Origin: Ignicoccus islandicus DSM 13165
GTDB taxonomy: Archaea > Thermoproteota > Thermoprotei_A > Sulfolobales > Ignicoccaceae
Assembly: GCF_001481685.1 (NCBI RefSeq)
Contig: NZ_CP006867.1
Location: 510,001-542,000, forward strand
Length of the DNA stretch: 32,000 nt
Direction: 5' to 3'
In this document: positions 16,307-25,031 of the stretch, in pieces
Layout of the letters: each line of letters opens with the position of its first letter
Position numbering within the stretch: position 1 is the stretch's first letter
Notes under the pieces: generated by a model
Told to the model about the DNA's origin: nothing
Seen by the model: the letters and a program-made list of their open reading frames with translations, nothing else
Databases searched by the model: none
Program-made: the position numbers and the translations under genes

Positions 16307-16741
16307 ATGAGGGTAACGGCATCTCTTCCATACAAATTGGCACTAATAGACATCAACGAATCAATTCATGTGGAACTTCATTTAGAATGGCCACGCTTAA
16401 TCGTTGAGACGAACTTGAAGAATTCGTGGAATTTCTACGAATGTAGAGGTCTGAAAGTTTATCGAAACAAACGCCTAGAGAAACTCATACTAGAACCTAT
16501 TAATCTAACCCTTCTCTTTTCGAAATTAGAACATAATAGAAGTTATTATTGTAGAGAACTATGGGAATTCGTCTTTGGTGCGAGAGATGAACTCGCGTGT
16601 TCCGGTGGTCTAGTGCTAAGGAAAGGAAGAAGTAGTAGTTATATAGGTCCATCTATCGAGACTAGAGTAGACGTTTTCGGGCCTAGGCTTAGAGTAACGA
16701 GAAATACTCTCCATAGAACGAATCAACCAATTCCTTGTTAG
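16307..16741 (+). CDS. Hypothetical protein, third gene of the pterin-like cluster
   Basis: The track ORF starts at 16292, overlapping the upstream stop. An in-frame ATG at 16307 lies one base after the upstream TAA stop codon. No family recognised. The 3' end overlaps the convergent aminotransferase gene by 53 nt. Confidence 0.4.
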   Translation: MRVTASLPYKLALIDINESIHVELHLEWPRLIVETNLKNSWNFYECRGLKVYRNKRLEKLILEPINLTLLFSKLEHNRSYYCRELWEFVFGARDELACSGGLVLRKGRSSSYIGPSIETRVDVFGPRLRVTRNTLHRTNQPIPC

Positions 16742-17819
16742 CCTTATACAAATCTGCTAGGAACATCAAAGCCCTGTAAACCACATCTGATTCGTACCAC
16801 CCCATAGTTCCAATTCTGATGCTCTTCTCTTTCAGCTTCCAAGCACCGGAGCCTATTTCTATACCGTATCTCTCTTTTGCTAGATTCTTCGCGTGGGCGG
16901 GCGTCACGCCTTCTGGTAATATCGGCACCACAATACTGTTCGAACGCCAGTTCTCCTTGGGATACACTCGACCACCGGCTTCTTCCACAATACCGTTCAG
17001 TACTTTCGAGAAAGCTTCGTGCCTCTTTATCCAATTACTTAGACCCATCGAAAGTATTTTCTCTAAGGCTTTGTTCAAAGCGTAAATTAACGAAACGGCG
17101 GGCGTAGCTGGCGTCTCAAATTTCTCATCATAGAACTTCTTGTATTGTTCTAAGTCCCAGTATAGAGACTTCTTTTCAACGCGTTTCATTTTCTCTAGGG
17201 CTCTTTCCCTATATGCAACAAAAGACAACCCCGGAGGACTCATTAGTGCCTTCTGGGAAGCTGAAGCGACAGCATCTAGATCCATTACATCCATTGATAG
17301 TTCGTGTGCACCTAGATGACTAACCGAGTCAACTAGTATTAGACCATCCCTTTCGTGGACAACTTTAGCTAGCTCCTCTAAGTTCCTATGAACTACACCA
17401 GTACTCGTTTCATTAGCAACTATTCCAACGACCGATGCGCCAGTTTTCTTCAATGCACTATCTAGTTCCTCTGCTGTTATTCCCTCTCCTTCCTTAGGCT
17501 CAATTAATTCTACATCTATACCTAAGTACTTAGCTATGGTGGCCATTCTATCACTAAAGGTTCCTGTCTGAACAATTAACATCTTCTCGTTCCTGCTTAC
17601 AAAGCTACTTACCATGGCTTCAACCGCTCCACTTCCGGAGGCCGTCAACAATGCAATATCGCAATCGCACCCAAATATTTCTTTTAACTTAGAAATAGTT
17701 GATTTCATTAATTCCCTAAACTCAGGTCCCCTATGGTTTATCATTGGGAGCGATTGACTTAGTTCTACATCCGGATGAAGAGAAACTGGACCCGGAAGCA
17801 AAAGCTGGATTCTCTTCAT
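16689..17819 (-). CDS. Class V PLP-dependent aminotransferase (serine/alanine-glyoxylate aminotransferase family)
   Basis: 376 aa. LLPGPV start, TASGSGAVEA, NETSTGV, LVDSVS and the PLP-lysine context ASASQKALMSPPGLSF. Confidence 0.85.
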   Translation of the reverse strand: MKRIQLLLPGPVSLHPDVELSQSLPMINHRGPEFRELMKSTISKLKEIFGCDCDIALLTASGSGAVEAMVSSFVSRNEKMLIVQTGTFSDRMATIAKYLGIDVELIEPKEGEGITAEELDSALKKTGASVVGIVANETSTGVVHRNLEELAKVVHERDGLILVDSVSHLGAHELSMDVMDLDAVASASQKALMSPPGLSFVAYRERALEKMKRVEKKSLYWDLEQYKKFYDEKFETPATPAVSLIYALNKALEKILSMGLSNWIKRHEAFSKVLNGIVEEAGGRVYPKENWRSNSIVVPILPEGVTPAHAKNLAKERYGIEIGSGAWKLKEKSIRIGTMGWYESDVVYRALMFLADLYKANKELVDSFYGEYFSLL

Positions 17820-17849
17820 TTCTTCTAACCCGTTAAGTAGCTTCTAAGG

Positions 17850-17865
17850 GAAAGATTAATCTTTC
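17850..17865. promoter_or_regulatory. Perfect 16-bp palindrome GAAAGATTAATCTTTC in a divergent promoter region; candidate operator
   Basis: Read directly from the sequence. It lies between the aminotransferase start (17819, minus) and the DUF62 gene start (17907, plus). Confidence 0.25.
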
Positions 17866-17906
17866 TACTGCTAGGTGTCACGTACTTTAAACGGGAGGCG
17901 TTAGTC

Positions 17907-18668
17907 TTGATCGGAATAATTACGGATTATGGGTATAATGACGTATATGCGGGGCTACTAAAGGTCGTTGCTAAGGAAGTTTGTAGAAACGCTGAAATCA
18001 TTGATATTACACATGGTATAGAGAGTTTCAATATACTAAAGGGAGCCTACGCGACGCTTGTAACTCTTCCTCACCTACCTCCCAGATCTAGCTTGGTTGT
18101 GGTAGTGGACCCGAGCGTCGGAAGTTCTAGAGAACCTATAGTAGCGGAGATAGGGGAATGGTATGTAGTAGCACCCAACAACGGGGTCGTTTGGTTGGCT
18201 GCCCTTGAGTACGGCGTAGGTAATGTATTCAGAATAGAGAAAAAACTAACGAAATATCGATCCCATACCTTTCACGGTCGCGATATATTCGTTCCCGTAG
18301 GAGCGTATTTAGAATGCGGTGGCTCCCCAGAACGCTTAGGCAACCTTACCTCTCTCAAAGAGTTACCTGTAAATTTAGTAAGAGAACTTAGTGGTTCAAT
18401 GTTAAGGAGTACAGTCATATACGTAGATAAGTTCGGTAATGTAGCTTTATGGTATAAAGGTAACCCGTTTTCGTATGGAGATAAAGTACTAATCAACAAT
18501 AAGTTCGAGGCTAAGGTAGTCAAGACCTTCTCCGAGGTTCGTAAAGGGGAACTGGCAGTTTACGTTAATAGTTTTGGATATTTAGAAATCGCTAAGTACC
18601 TAGGCAATGCTGCAAGGGAACTTGATTTAGAGGAAGGAAATATAGTTACATTAGAGAAATTAACTTGA
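17907..18668 (+). CDS. SAM hydroxide adenosyltransferase / SAM hydrolase family protein (DUF62)
   Basis: 253 aa with a TTG start. IITDYGYNDVYAGLLK, IDITHGI, VVVDPSVGSSR, VAPNNG and HTFHGRDIFVPV are family motifs. Confidence 0.85.
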   Translation: MIGIITDYGYNDVYAGLLKVVAKEVCRNAEIIDITHGIESFNILKGAYATLVTLPHLPPRSSLVVVVDPSVGSSREPIVAEIGEWYVVAPNNGVVWLAALEYGVGNVFRIEKKLTKYRSHTFHGRDIFVPVGAYLECGGSPERLGNLTSLKELPVNLVRELSGSMLRSTVIYVDKFGNVALWYKGNPFSYGDKVLINNKFEAKVVKTFSEVRKGELAVYVNSFGYLEIAKYLGNAARELDLEEGNIVTLEKLT

Positions 18669-18729
18669 GCTAAAAGAGGGATGAGAATTTACTTTCTAGC
18701 GCTAGGTAAATTGAGACTCGGGAATCGTA

Positions 18730-19254
18730 ATGGGTGTTAAAAGGGGTGTAATACCCGGAAGGTATCAACCGTTCCACAAAGGTCACTTACATTTGATCAA
18801 ATGGGCCCTCGAGAGACTGGATGAGGTAATAATAGTTATAGGGAGTGCTCAGGAAAGCCATACCCTTCAAAATCCATTGACTGCAGGAGAGAGAGTACTG
18901 TCCATTAAAAGAGCGCTCGAATGCGAAGGCATTGATCTATCCAAGGTTTACTTAATACCCGTACCCGACATTTTGATGAATAGAGCTTGGGTCTCACATG
19001 TTGAGACCTACGTACCTAAGTTTCACGTTGCAATTTCCAGGAACCCTCTTGTCAAAGTTTTATTTAGAGAAGCAGGATATGAAGTCTTAGAACCACCTGC
19101 GTTCGAAAGAAATAGTTACGTAGCTACTAACATACGCGCACTGATAGCGAAAGGAGATAAGAGGTGGAAGGAACTAGTACCGAAATGCGTCGCTGAGGTT
19201 TTGGAAGAAATAAACCTTGAAGAAAGGATGAGAGAATTATTAAGGAGAGATTGA
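18730..19254 (+). CDS. nadM: Nicotinamide-nucleotide adenylyltransferase, archaeal type
   Basis: 174 aa with GRYQPFHKGHL, IGSAQESHTLQNPLTAGER and WVSHV. Confidence 0.9.
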   Translation: MGVKRGVIPGRYQPFHKGHLHLIKWALERLDEVIIVIGSAQESHTLQNPLTAGERVLSIKRALECEGIDLSKVYLIPVPDILMNRAWVSHVETYVPKFHVAISRNPLVKVLFREAGYEVLEPPAFERNSYVATNIRALIAKGDKRWKELVPKCVAEVLEEINLEERMRELLRRD

Positions 19255-19262
19255 TCTATGGA

Positions 19263-19685
19263 TTAATCTATGTAGCCCATAGCACGTAAATATCCTTCTT
19301 CGCTACCATATTTCGCTTTGTATTCCTCTACGATATCGTAACCATATATTTCCTTGAACTTCTTCCTACCCTCCTCCTTCATTTTAAATGGAGTCCACGG
19401 GGGATCGAAAGTGAGATCCAAGTCCACGTCCTTGACACCGGGTATTGCCTTGATACCATTTACTATCTGCCACAGTATTTGTCCTGCTATGGGACACGTG
19501 GGTGAAGTTAGAGTCATCTTTATCTTTACAATTCCATCATCCGTTACGTCTAAGTTGTACACCAATCCTAGATCCCATACAGAGATAGGTATTTCGGGAT
19601 CGTGTACCTTTTTCAATACTTTCTCAATTACTTCCTTCTTTATCTTTTCCTTATCCACTTTTTGGGGAGATTCTTGTTCAGTCAT
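19263..19685 (-). CDS. DUF59 / MIP18-family Fe-S cluster assembly protein
   Basis: 140 aa. VHDPEIPISVWDLGLVY...IKMTLTSPTCP is the DUF59 core. Confidence 0.8.
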   Translation of the reverse strand: MTEQESPQKVDKEKIKKEVIEKVLKKVHDPEIPISVWDLGLVYNLDVTDDGIVKIKMTLTSPTCPIAGQILWQIVNGIKAIPGVKDVDLDLTFDPPWTPFKMKEEGRKKFKEIYGYDIVEEYKAKYGSEEGYLRAMGYID

Positions 19686-19772
19686 TCCTCACAACCCCAA
19701 ATACATTGAATCTGGTCGTTCAATTAATTGATGTAAACTTTCGATTACACGCGTGTTTCCGATTAGCTGGTT

Positions 19773-20081
19773 ATGACTACTAAAGGGGTTAGTATGGACT
19801 TTAGAAGCATAATAGACATGATCTATGATTGGACACTGAAGCTCTCAATTCTCGCCTGGGCGATGGTAGGTCTCTCGTGGGTCATAGGGTGGATGCTAAG
19901 GGGTGCTCCAATACCAATACTGAAAATAAAGCGTTTCGGGCATTCGCTAATAGAGGATGCCGTATTGGCTGCATTATGGTTAGCCCTCGGCAGCACGGTA
20001 TTCTTCCTCATCTCCTCAATAACTAAGAACTTAACTCCCCCAACTGTAATAAACGTGACCGCACCCGTTTCGGTGCAATGA
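19773..20081 (+). CDS. Hypothetical small membrane protein (two TM helices)
   Basis: 102-aa ORF with hydrophobic stretches LSILAWAMVGLSWVIGWML and AVLAALWLALGSTVFFLISSI. No family recognised. Confidence 0.4.
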   Translation: MTTKGVSMDFRSIIDMIYDWTLKLSILAWAMVGLSWVIGWMLRGAPIPILKIKRFGHSLIEDAVLAALWLALGSTVFFLISSITKNLTPPTVINVTAPVSVQ

Positions 20082-20177
20082 AGATACTATGGCGAAACTG
20101 ATGGAAATGATGAATCAGCCGGGCTCGAGCACCAAGTCCTTATTTATTTCCCGCTGCTAAGCTAACTCAGATGCATA

Positions 20178-20759
20178 TTGAACGAGAGAGCTAAGGAAGT
20201 AATTGAAAGCTTGGGCGTAAAGGAAATTGCAAGGCGAATGTTAGCGACTAACGGCGTAGACTCCTTACTATCAACTATAGGCATCCTCAATGGAACTCTA
20301 AGCGCAACTCATTCCAATGACCCTAACATTTACTTAAGTAGCGTGCTTGGAGGTGCCGTCTCATTAGGTCTTTTAAGCGGATTCGTAGGAGTCTATATAA
20401 CTGAGAGGGCCGAGAGACTAGAGGAACTCCGAAAAATAGAAAGGGCTATGGCGAGGAAGTTAAACAAAAGTTTCTATGCTAAAGCAGTTAATTACGCCTC
20501 GGTTTACGTGGCCTTATGGAGCTTAGTAGGTTCGCTGGTCCTTCCACTAACCTCTTTAATACCAATCATTCTCTCGAAATTCGGAGTACTTGAAACTACA
20601 CTAGGAGTCTTACTAAGCATAGTTTTAGCCCATTTAGAACTTTCTCTAATAGGGCTTAGCTTTGGGGGCAGTAACAGGGTCAAGGTAGCTATACAATACC
20701 TCATACTAGGAATTGGTGCTACAATAATTTCAATGCTACTAGGCAACGTAATTAGCTAA
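20178..20759 (+). CDS. Integral membrane protein, possibly VIT1/CCC1 (DUF125)-like
   Basis: 193 aa with a TTG start. ATNGVDSLLSTIGILNG...LGGAVSLGLLSGFVGVYITERAE loosely matches the VIT-family N-terminal pattern (GxNDGLvS...SMaxGEYxS). Two to three further TM segments follow. Confidence 0.35.
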   Translation: MNERAKEVIESLGVKEIARRMLATNGVDSLLSTIGILNGTLSATHSNDPNIYLSSVLGGAVSLGLLSGFVGVYITERAERLEELRKIERAMARKLNKSFYAKAVNYASVYVALWSLVGSLVLPLTSLIPIILSKFGVLETTLGVLLSIVLAHLELSLIGLSFGGSNRVKVAIQYLILGIGATIISMLLGNVIS

Positions 20760-20814
20760 CGTAAATAACTTAAAAACGATATTTGAAGGAACACTAGTGT
20801 AGTGGTGTGTTAGT

Positions 20815-21237
20815 TTGGTAGATAAAATCTCTGACTTAAAGGAAGGCAAGAGCGTTACAATAAAAGGGAAGGTCCTCGAAACCAGTGAGGTCAAGACCGT
20901 TCAAACGAAGTATGGCCCGAGAGAGTTAAGCGAGGCAGTAATAGGCGATGAGACGGGTAAGGTAAGGGTAACTCTTTGGGGAGATAAGGCGGGAACTCTT
21001 AAGGAGGGTGAGGTAGTAGAAATCAGAGATGGCTGGACGACCTCCTTCCGTGGTGAAGTAAAGGTCAACGTCAATCAAAGGAGCGAGATAGAAGTTCTAA
21101 ACGAAGAAGGTCCTTCTGAAGACGAGATACCCGATAACTGGCCGAAAGCTGAAGGGAGAGACATGAGGAGACGTCCTAGAAATAACTTCAGGGGTTCGAG
21201 ACGCGGATCTCATCGAAATTATCGCAAGGAATTCTAA
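20815..21237 (+). CDS. ssb: Crenarchaeal single-stranded DNA-binding protein: one OB fold plus a basic, R/G-containing tail
   Basis: 140 aa. LSEAVIGDETGKVRVTLWGDKAGTLKEGEVVEIRDGWTTSFRGEVKVN is near-collinear with Sulfolobus SSB ([48 protein letters not shown], recalled from memory). Confidence 0.9.
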   Translation: MVDKISDLKEGKSVTIKGKVLETSEVKTVQTKYGPRELSEAVIGDETGKVRVTLWGDKAGTLKEGEVVEIRDGWTTSFRGEVKVNVNQRSEIEVLNEEGPSEDEIPDNWPKAEGRDMRRRPRNNFRGSRRGSHRNYRKEF

Positions 21238-21529
21238 TTGCCTTGGAGTAACGCTTCCGGATAATAATTAAAAAGCATCCATCTACACCTTTTAGCACGA
21301 ACCTCCTCCTTGAGAGCCTTTTAATTAAGTACTTGCTAAGTGCATCTAAACCTTTTTCCGTTAATCTATATGCCTTCCCAGAGCTCCTCTCCAGTAAACC
21401 GAATTTAACAGCGAAATATAGATACTTCCTTAGTGTGGACTTGGGTAAATTCAGTTCATCGGAGAGATTCTCATCTCCTTTTTCGCGTATCAGATAAATG
21501 AACGGGATTATCCATTCGATGTTCGACAT
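21188..21529 (-). CDS. Winged-helix DNA-binding protein with an uncharacterised C-terminal extension
   Basis: I prefer the internal ATG at 21529 (MSNIEW...), because the track start at 21619 would overlap the NAD kinase start. NLSDELNLPKSTLRKYLYFAVKFGLLERSSGKAYRLTEKG is an HTH-plus-wing pattern. Confidence 0.5.
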   Translation of the reverse strand: MSNIEWIIPFIYLIREKGDENLSDELNLPKSTLRKYLYFAVKFGLLERSSGKAYRLTEKGLDALSKYLIKRLSRRRFVLKGVDGCFLIIIRKRYSKAIRIPCDNFDEIRVSNP

Positions 21530-21600
21530 AGTTCCTTGACCTCCCGTGATACAGAAGTATCTACTAAAAGCGCTTACATGCGATTTTACTTGGTCATATA

Positions 21601-22365
21601 ATGAAAGCAGTAATAGCAAGGAAACCTGGTTCGGAGTTAGCGGATAGAATAGCCAAGGAGGCTATTGAAATCTTAAGAAGGCATGGGGTCGAAACGTGCG
21701 ATTTTCCTAATTGCAATCCATGTGAGTCGGACTTCGTAGTGGTTATAGGTGGTGATGGAACCCTTCTTTACGTCGCTTCTAAGACCCCTTGCGATACGCC
21801 GCCTATAATTACTATACGAGCTGGGAGGAGGGCTTTTCTCTTGGAACTCGAAGAATCGGAAGTAGAGGATGGCTTGAAAAGTTTCTTAGAAGGTAGATAC
21901 TCCATTGAAAAGCATAAGCGCTTGAGATTTGGTGAATTCAATGCTATGAACGAGATTGCTGTACTAAGTAAGGGTCGGAGGGTAACCAAACTCTCGGTGT
22001 ACTCAGATGGTTCGAAGATATACGAAGGCTTGGAAGGTGACGGTTTGATAATTTCAACTACTCTGGGTTCAACAGCATACGCTCTATCAGCTGGGGGTCC
22101 TCTAATCGATCCTCGATTGGATGCAATACTAATAGTTCCGGTAAATCCTATCCAACTGAACGTGAGGCCTGTAGTGCTGCCCTCTACAGCTGAAGTAACT
22201 ATTAATATAGAATATAATCTGGAAGAGGTCGATGTATTAATAGATGGCATAATTAGTACGAAGGCGAAAAACATTTCTTCGAGTTTGGACGGACCCTATG
22301 TAACCCTAGCTCGGTTTAAGCCTCGGAAGTTCTATGAAAGGCTTATAGAATTACGTTCGCTCTAG
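21601..22365 (+). CDS. nadK: NAD+ kinase
   Basis: 254 aa with VVVIGGDGTLL, NEIAV and GDGLIISTTLGSTAYALSAGGPLIDP. Confidence 0.9.
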   Translation: MKAVIARKPGSELADRIAKEAIEILRRHGVETCDFPNCNPCESDFVVVIGGDGTLLYVASKTPCDTPPIITIRAGRRAFLLELEESEVEDGLKSFLEGRYSIEKHKRLRFGEFNAMNEIAVLSKGRRVTKLSVYSDGSKIYEGLEGDGLIISTTLGSTAYALSAGGPLIDPRLDAILIVPVNPIQLNVRPVVLPSTAEVTINIEYNLEEVDVLIDGIISTKAKNISSSLDGPYVTLARFKPRKFYERLIELRSL

Positions 22366-22377
22366 GATCCTAAGGTC

Positions 22378-22752
22378 GTGAAGATCTTGACTGTGCTCCT
22401 ACTTGTTGCGCATGGAAGTAAAAACGAGAAGTTCAATGAGATGGTCTTAAGAGTTGCGATGCAATTGAAACGCAAAGCAGGGAAGGTATACGTGGGGTTC
22501 TTGCTCGGCACACCCTCTGTAAGGGAAGCAGCCGAAAAGGCCTTTGCAGAGAGCGATGAGGTAATTGTAGTACCATTTTTTATAGCTGAGGGGAGCCACG
22601 TAGTCAAAGACTTGAAGAAGGAAATTGAAGAGGTAGCTAAGGGAAGCGGTAAGAAAGTCGTCTTCGCGAAAGCACTCGGTGATCATCCTTTAGTGGTGGA
22701 AGCCCTCTATCAAAGGTTCGTAGAAGCACTACGTTCAAGTATTACTTCTTAG
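22378..22752 (+). CDS. cbiX: Small CbiX-type sirohydrochlorin chelatase, CbiX(S)
   Basis: 124 aa with a GTG start. LLLVAHGSK, VVPFFIAEGSHVVKDL and LGDHPLV. Confidence 0.8.
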   Translation: MKILTVLLLVAHGSKNEKFNEMVLRVAMQLKRKAGKVYVGFLLGTPSVREAAEKAFAESDEVIVVPFFIAEGSHVVKDLKKEIEEVAKGSGKKVVFAKALGDHPLVVEALYQRFVEALRSSITS

Positions 22753-22754
22753 GA

Positions 22755-23129
22755 AAATTTCACGCGAACGTACAAGCAACGCATAAGTCCACGATTGAAA
22801 TAACTTGCGAGGAGAGGTTAACGCCCCGAGGGGATTGCATAGTCCTTACTTCCTCCACCCACGAGCCAGAGAAGCTAAGGGAAATGTGTAGGGAAGGAAG
22901 GAAAGGAGTCTTATGTATAATTTCGAGATACGGGGCTACGTGCATACAAGGAAAATGCAATCAATTCGAAGGCAGTTGCAAAATAATACTCCGAAAAGGC
23001 TCATTTAAATCACCAGAAACGTTGCTATATGACACAAACTTCTCGGCTTATGACATAGATAGGGATCTCATAAACGCGGCCAGGTTGTGGGGAGTTAGGG
23101 CAGTAGTCACATTAATGGTATACCAGTAA
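22755..23129 (+). CDS. DUF371-like protein; 5' boundary undefined because no canonical start codon is in frame
   Basis: The frame is open from 22683. The translation ...KFHANVQATHKSTIEITCEERLTPRGDCIVLTSS... matches my memory of the DUF371 N-terminal signature (H-x-N-x-x-A-T-H-K-T-T-x-E-x-T...LT-x-RGDCI). The first ATG/GTG/TTG in frame is at 22884, downstream of that conserved segment. Confidence 0.4.
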   Translation, partial: KFHANVQATHKSTIEITCEERLTPRGDCIVLTSSTHEPEKLREMCREGRKGVLCIISRYGATCIQGKCNQFEGSCKIILRKGSFKSPETLLYDTNFSAYDIDRDLINAARLWGVRAVVTLMVYQ

Positions 23130-24926
23130 ACCGTGGAATATTAGTAGAAGCAATGCTACACCCAGAGTAGCCACTACAACGATTGTACCTATTACGAGCC
23201 ATTCCATGAACCTCGATACTCTATGTTTCTGCCTTTCTAGTAATCCTAAGGCTACTATGTTTGCCGTACTTCCTATCATACTCATGTTGCCACCCATAGT
23301 AGCACCATAGAGCAATGCCCACCAAAGGAGGTCCGCTCCAGGTAAACCTATCTCAACTAGCGTCTTCACTACGGGCGCAAGGGCCACAACCACTGGCATG
23401 TTATCTAAGAACGCTGATATTAAAGCGGAGATCACTGCAACGGATACTGTCAACATTATTGTAACAGATAAGTTTAATTCACCAACACCCATTATTAAGG
23501 CGTAAGCCATCTTATCAGTAACTCCCGTGTAGCTCAAAGCTGATGCAATTGCGAATAAGAACATGAAGAAGATAAGCGTCCACCACTCAACGCCATGTTC
23601 AACGAGCCTCCTAGGCTCCTCATATCTGAGCATAACGATCGAAGCGACTATAATTGGACTGAATATAAGTAAAGCTTCAGGCGTTATAGTAGCATGGATC
23701 GAATGAGCATCTAAAGAGTACAGCGCGTTAAGAAGGCTATTTACTACCCCAGATAGGGACGTGTGAAACGCTATTAGCAGAATTACTGCGGTGAAGTATA
23801 TCCAACCGTCTCTGAACTCCTTCAATATCTTCTCGATCTTTTGTTCATCGTCTTTATTCAATTGCACGCCAGGGTCGCTTACTTTACCGGCAAGCCAACT
23901 GACCAAAAAGGGCCTTTTCCTGGCTATGTACGCTCTAATGTACTCAGCTGGGATTCCTTTGAATATGCCCCATTCGTCTAGTTCTATATTGCTTTCCTCT
24001 AACTTCCTTATAGCTTTCGTAACTCCAAGTTTCTTGAGCCATAGAATTCCTATTCCGATGAAGACTAGAAGCGCTGATAGGCTTCCGGGCGTTGCCCATA
24101 CTAAGAAGTCCTCGAAGCTCTTCCCCGACTGTAATGCAATGTAAATACCTATTGGGTTACCTATCATCGTTGCCGCCGAACCGATATTAGTCGCCATTAC
24201 TGCGTACATCACCAACGGTAACGGTTCTATTCCTATTAGACCTGAGAGCGATATAACTAGTCTCGTAACGAAAACTATGCTCGTCACTTCGTCAACTAAA
24301 GCTGCCATTATCCAGCTTAGGAAGGCAAGCATGATAAGGAAGTTTAGCGGTTTAAACTTACTTGCTTTTATCATCTTTATTGTTATCCATTCGAGTACCC
24401 CTTTCTCGCTTAGGTACTCAACGATAATCATCATAGAAATTAGGAACAATATCAAACCTAGTTCCATGTGCTCTATTATCAACTCGAAGGGCGCTACTCC
24501 GAAAAGCAATAGGGCAGTCACACCGAGCATGACGTAGCTTAACCTTTTCTTCCAGTATAGAATAGTACCTAGTATCGCCGTTACGAAGGCCGTTAACGCA
24601 ATAGCTTCGGAAAGGGCTGTTGTGAAAGAGTTGATATCTGCTTCGCAAGTACCGCGAATAGGTAAGGAATATTCCTCAGCTATTTTCAACCATTCGCAGT
24701 GCTTCATCTGGAACTGATGTAGTATCTTATGAATAGCTTTCTCAAGAGGTCCTTCTATCATAGTAACTTTGAAGTTTAAGAAAGTTATAAACGCCAGTGC
24801 GAATACAATAGCTATTGAAACAACCATTAAGATCGGTTTCCGTTCCTCCGTTATTCCACTCATTTGAACGCCTACCTGAATTAACGAAAAGGAAGAAGAG
24901 TATATATCTTCATCAAATTCTAGCAT
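23112..24926 (-). CDS. ArsB/NhaD-superfamily (CitMHS-type) permease with a ~90-aa central cytoplasmic insert
   Basis: 604 aa and at least 10 hydrophobic segments. Repeated half-transporter motifs IGSAATMIGNPIGIYIA and MGGNMSMIGSTANIVALG. An alternative start, ATG 24863 (MSGITEERKP), is plausible. Confidence 0.65.
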   Translation of the reverse strand: MLEFDEDIYSSSFSLIQVGVQMSGITEERKPILMVVSIAIVFALAFITFLNFKVTMIEGPLEKAIHKILHQFQMKHCEWLKIAEEYSLPIRGTCEADINSFTTALSEAIALTAFVTAILGTILYWKKRLSYVMLGVTALLLFGVAPFELIIEHMELGLILFLISMMIIVEYLSEKGVLEWITIKMIKASKFKPLNFLIMLAFLSWIMAALVDEVTSIVFVTRLVISLSGLIGIEPLPLVMYAVMATNIGSAATMIGNPIGIYIALQSGKSFEDFLVWATPGSLSALLVFIGIGILWLKKLGVTKAIRKLEESNIELDEWGIFKGIPAEYIRAYIARKRPFLVSWLAGKVSDPGVQLNKDDEQKIEKILKEFRDGWIYFTAVILLIAFHTSLSGVVNSLLNALYSLDAHSIHATITPEALLIFSPIIVASIVMLRYEEPRRLVEHGVEWWTLIFFMFLFAIASALSYTGVTDKMAYALIMGVGELNLSVTIMLTVSVAVISALISAFLDNMPVVVALAPVVKTLVEIGLPGADLLWWALLYGATMGGNMSMIGSTANIVALGLLERQKHRVSRFMEWLVIGTIVVVATLGVALLLLIFHGLLVYH

Positions 24927-25031
24927 TAGGAATATGGTATTATCTTAGTATTCCATCAAAAGAGATATGCTTAAATCGCTCCTCTTGGATAAGCAGTCTA
25001 GGGATGAAGTATATCAAGCGAGCTTGAGAAA

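Noticed and set aside
20107-20170. Perfect box C sequence ATGATGA in the 20082-20177 intergenic region
   Set aside because: There is no CTGA D box or C'-like element within 50-70 nt on that strand, so the C/D architecture cannot be completed.
21768-22274. 168-aa minus-strand ORF
   Set aside because: It is antisense to the well-supported NAD kinase gene, Ser/Thr-rich, and has no recognisable domain.
22884-23129. Track ORF of 81 aa taken at face value as a complete small gene
   Set aside because: The same frame is open for 200 nt upstream and encodes a conserved-looking N-terminal block, so the ATG at 22884 is probably internal.
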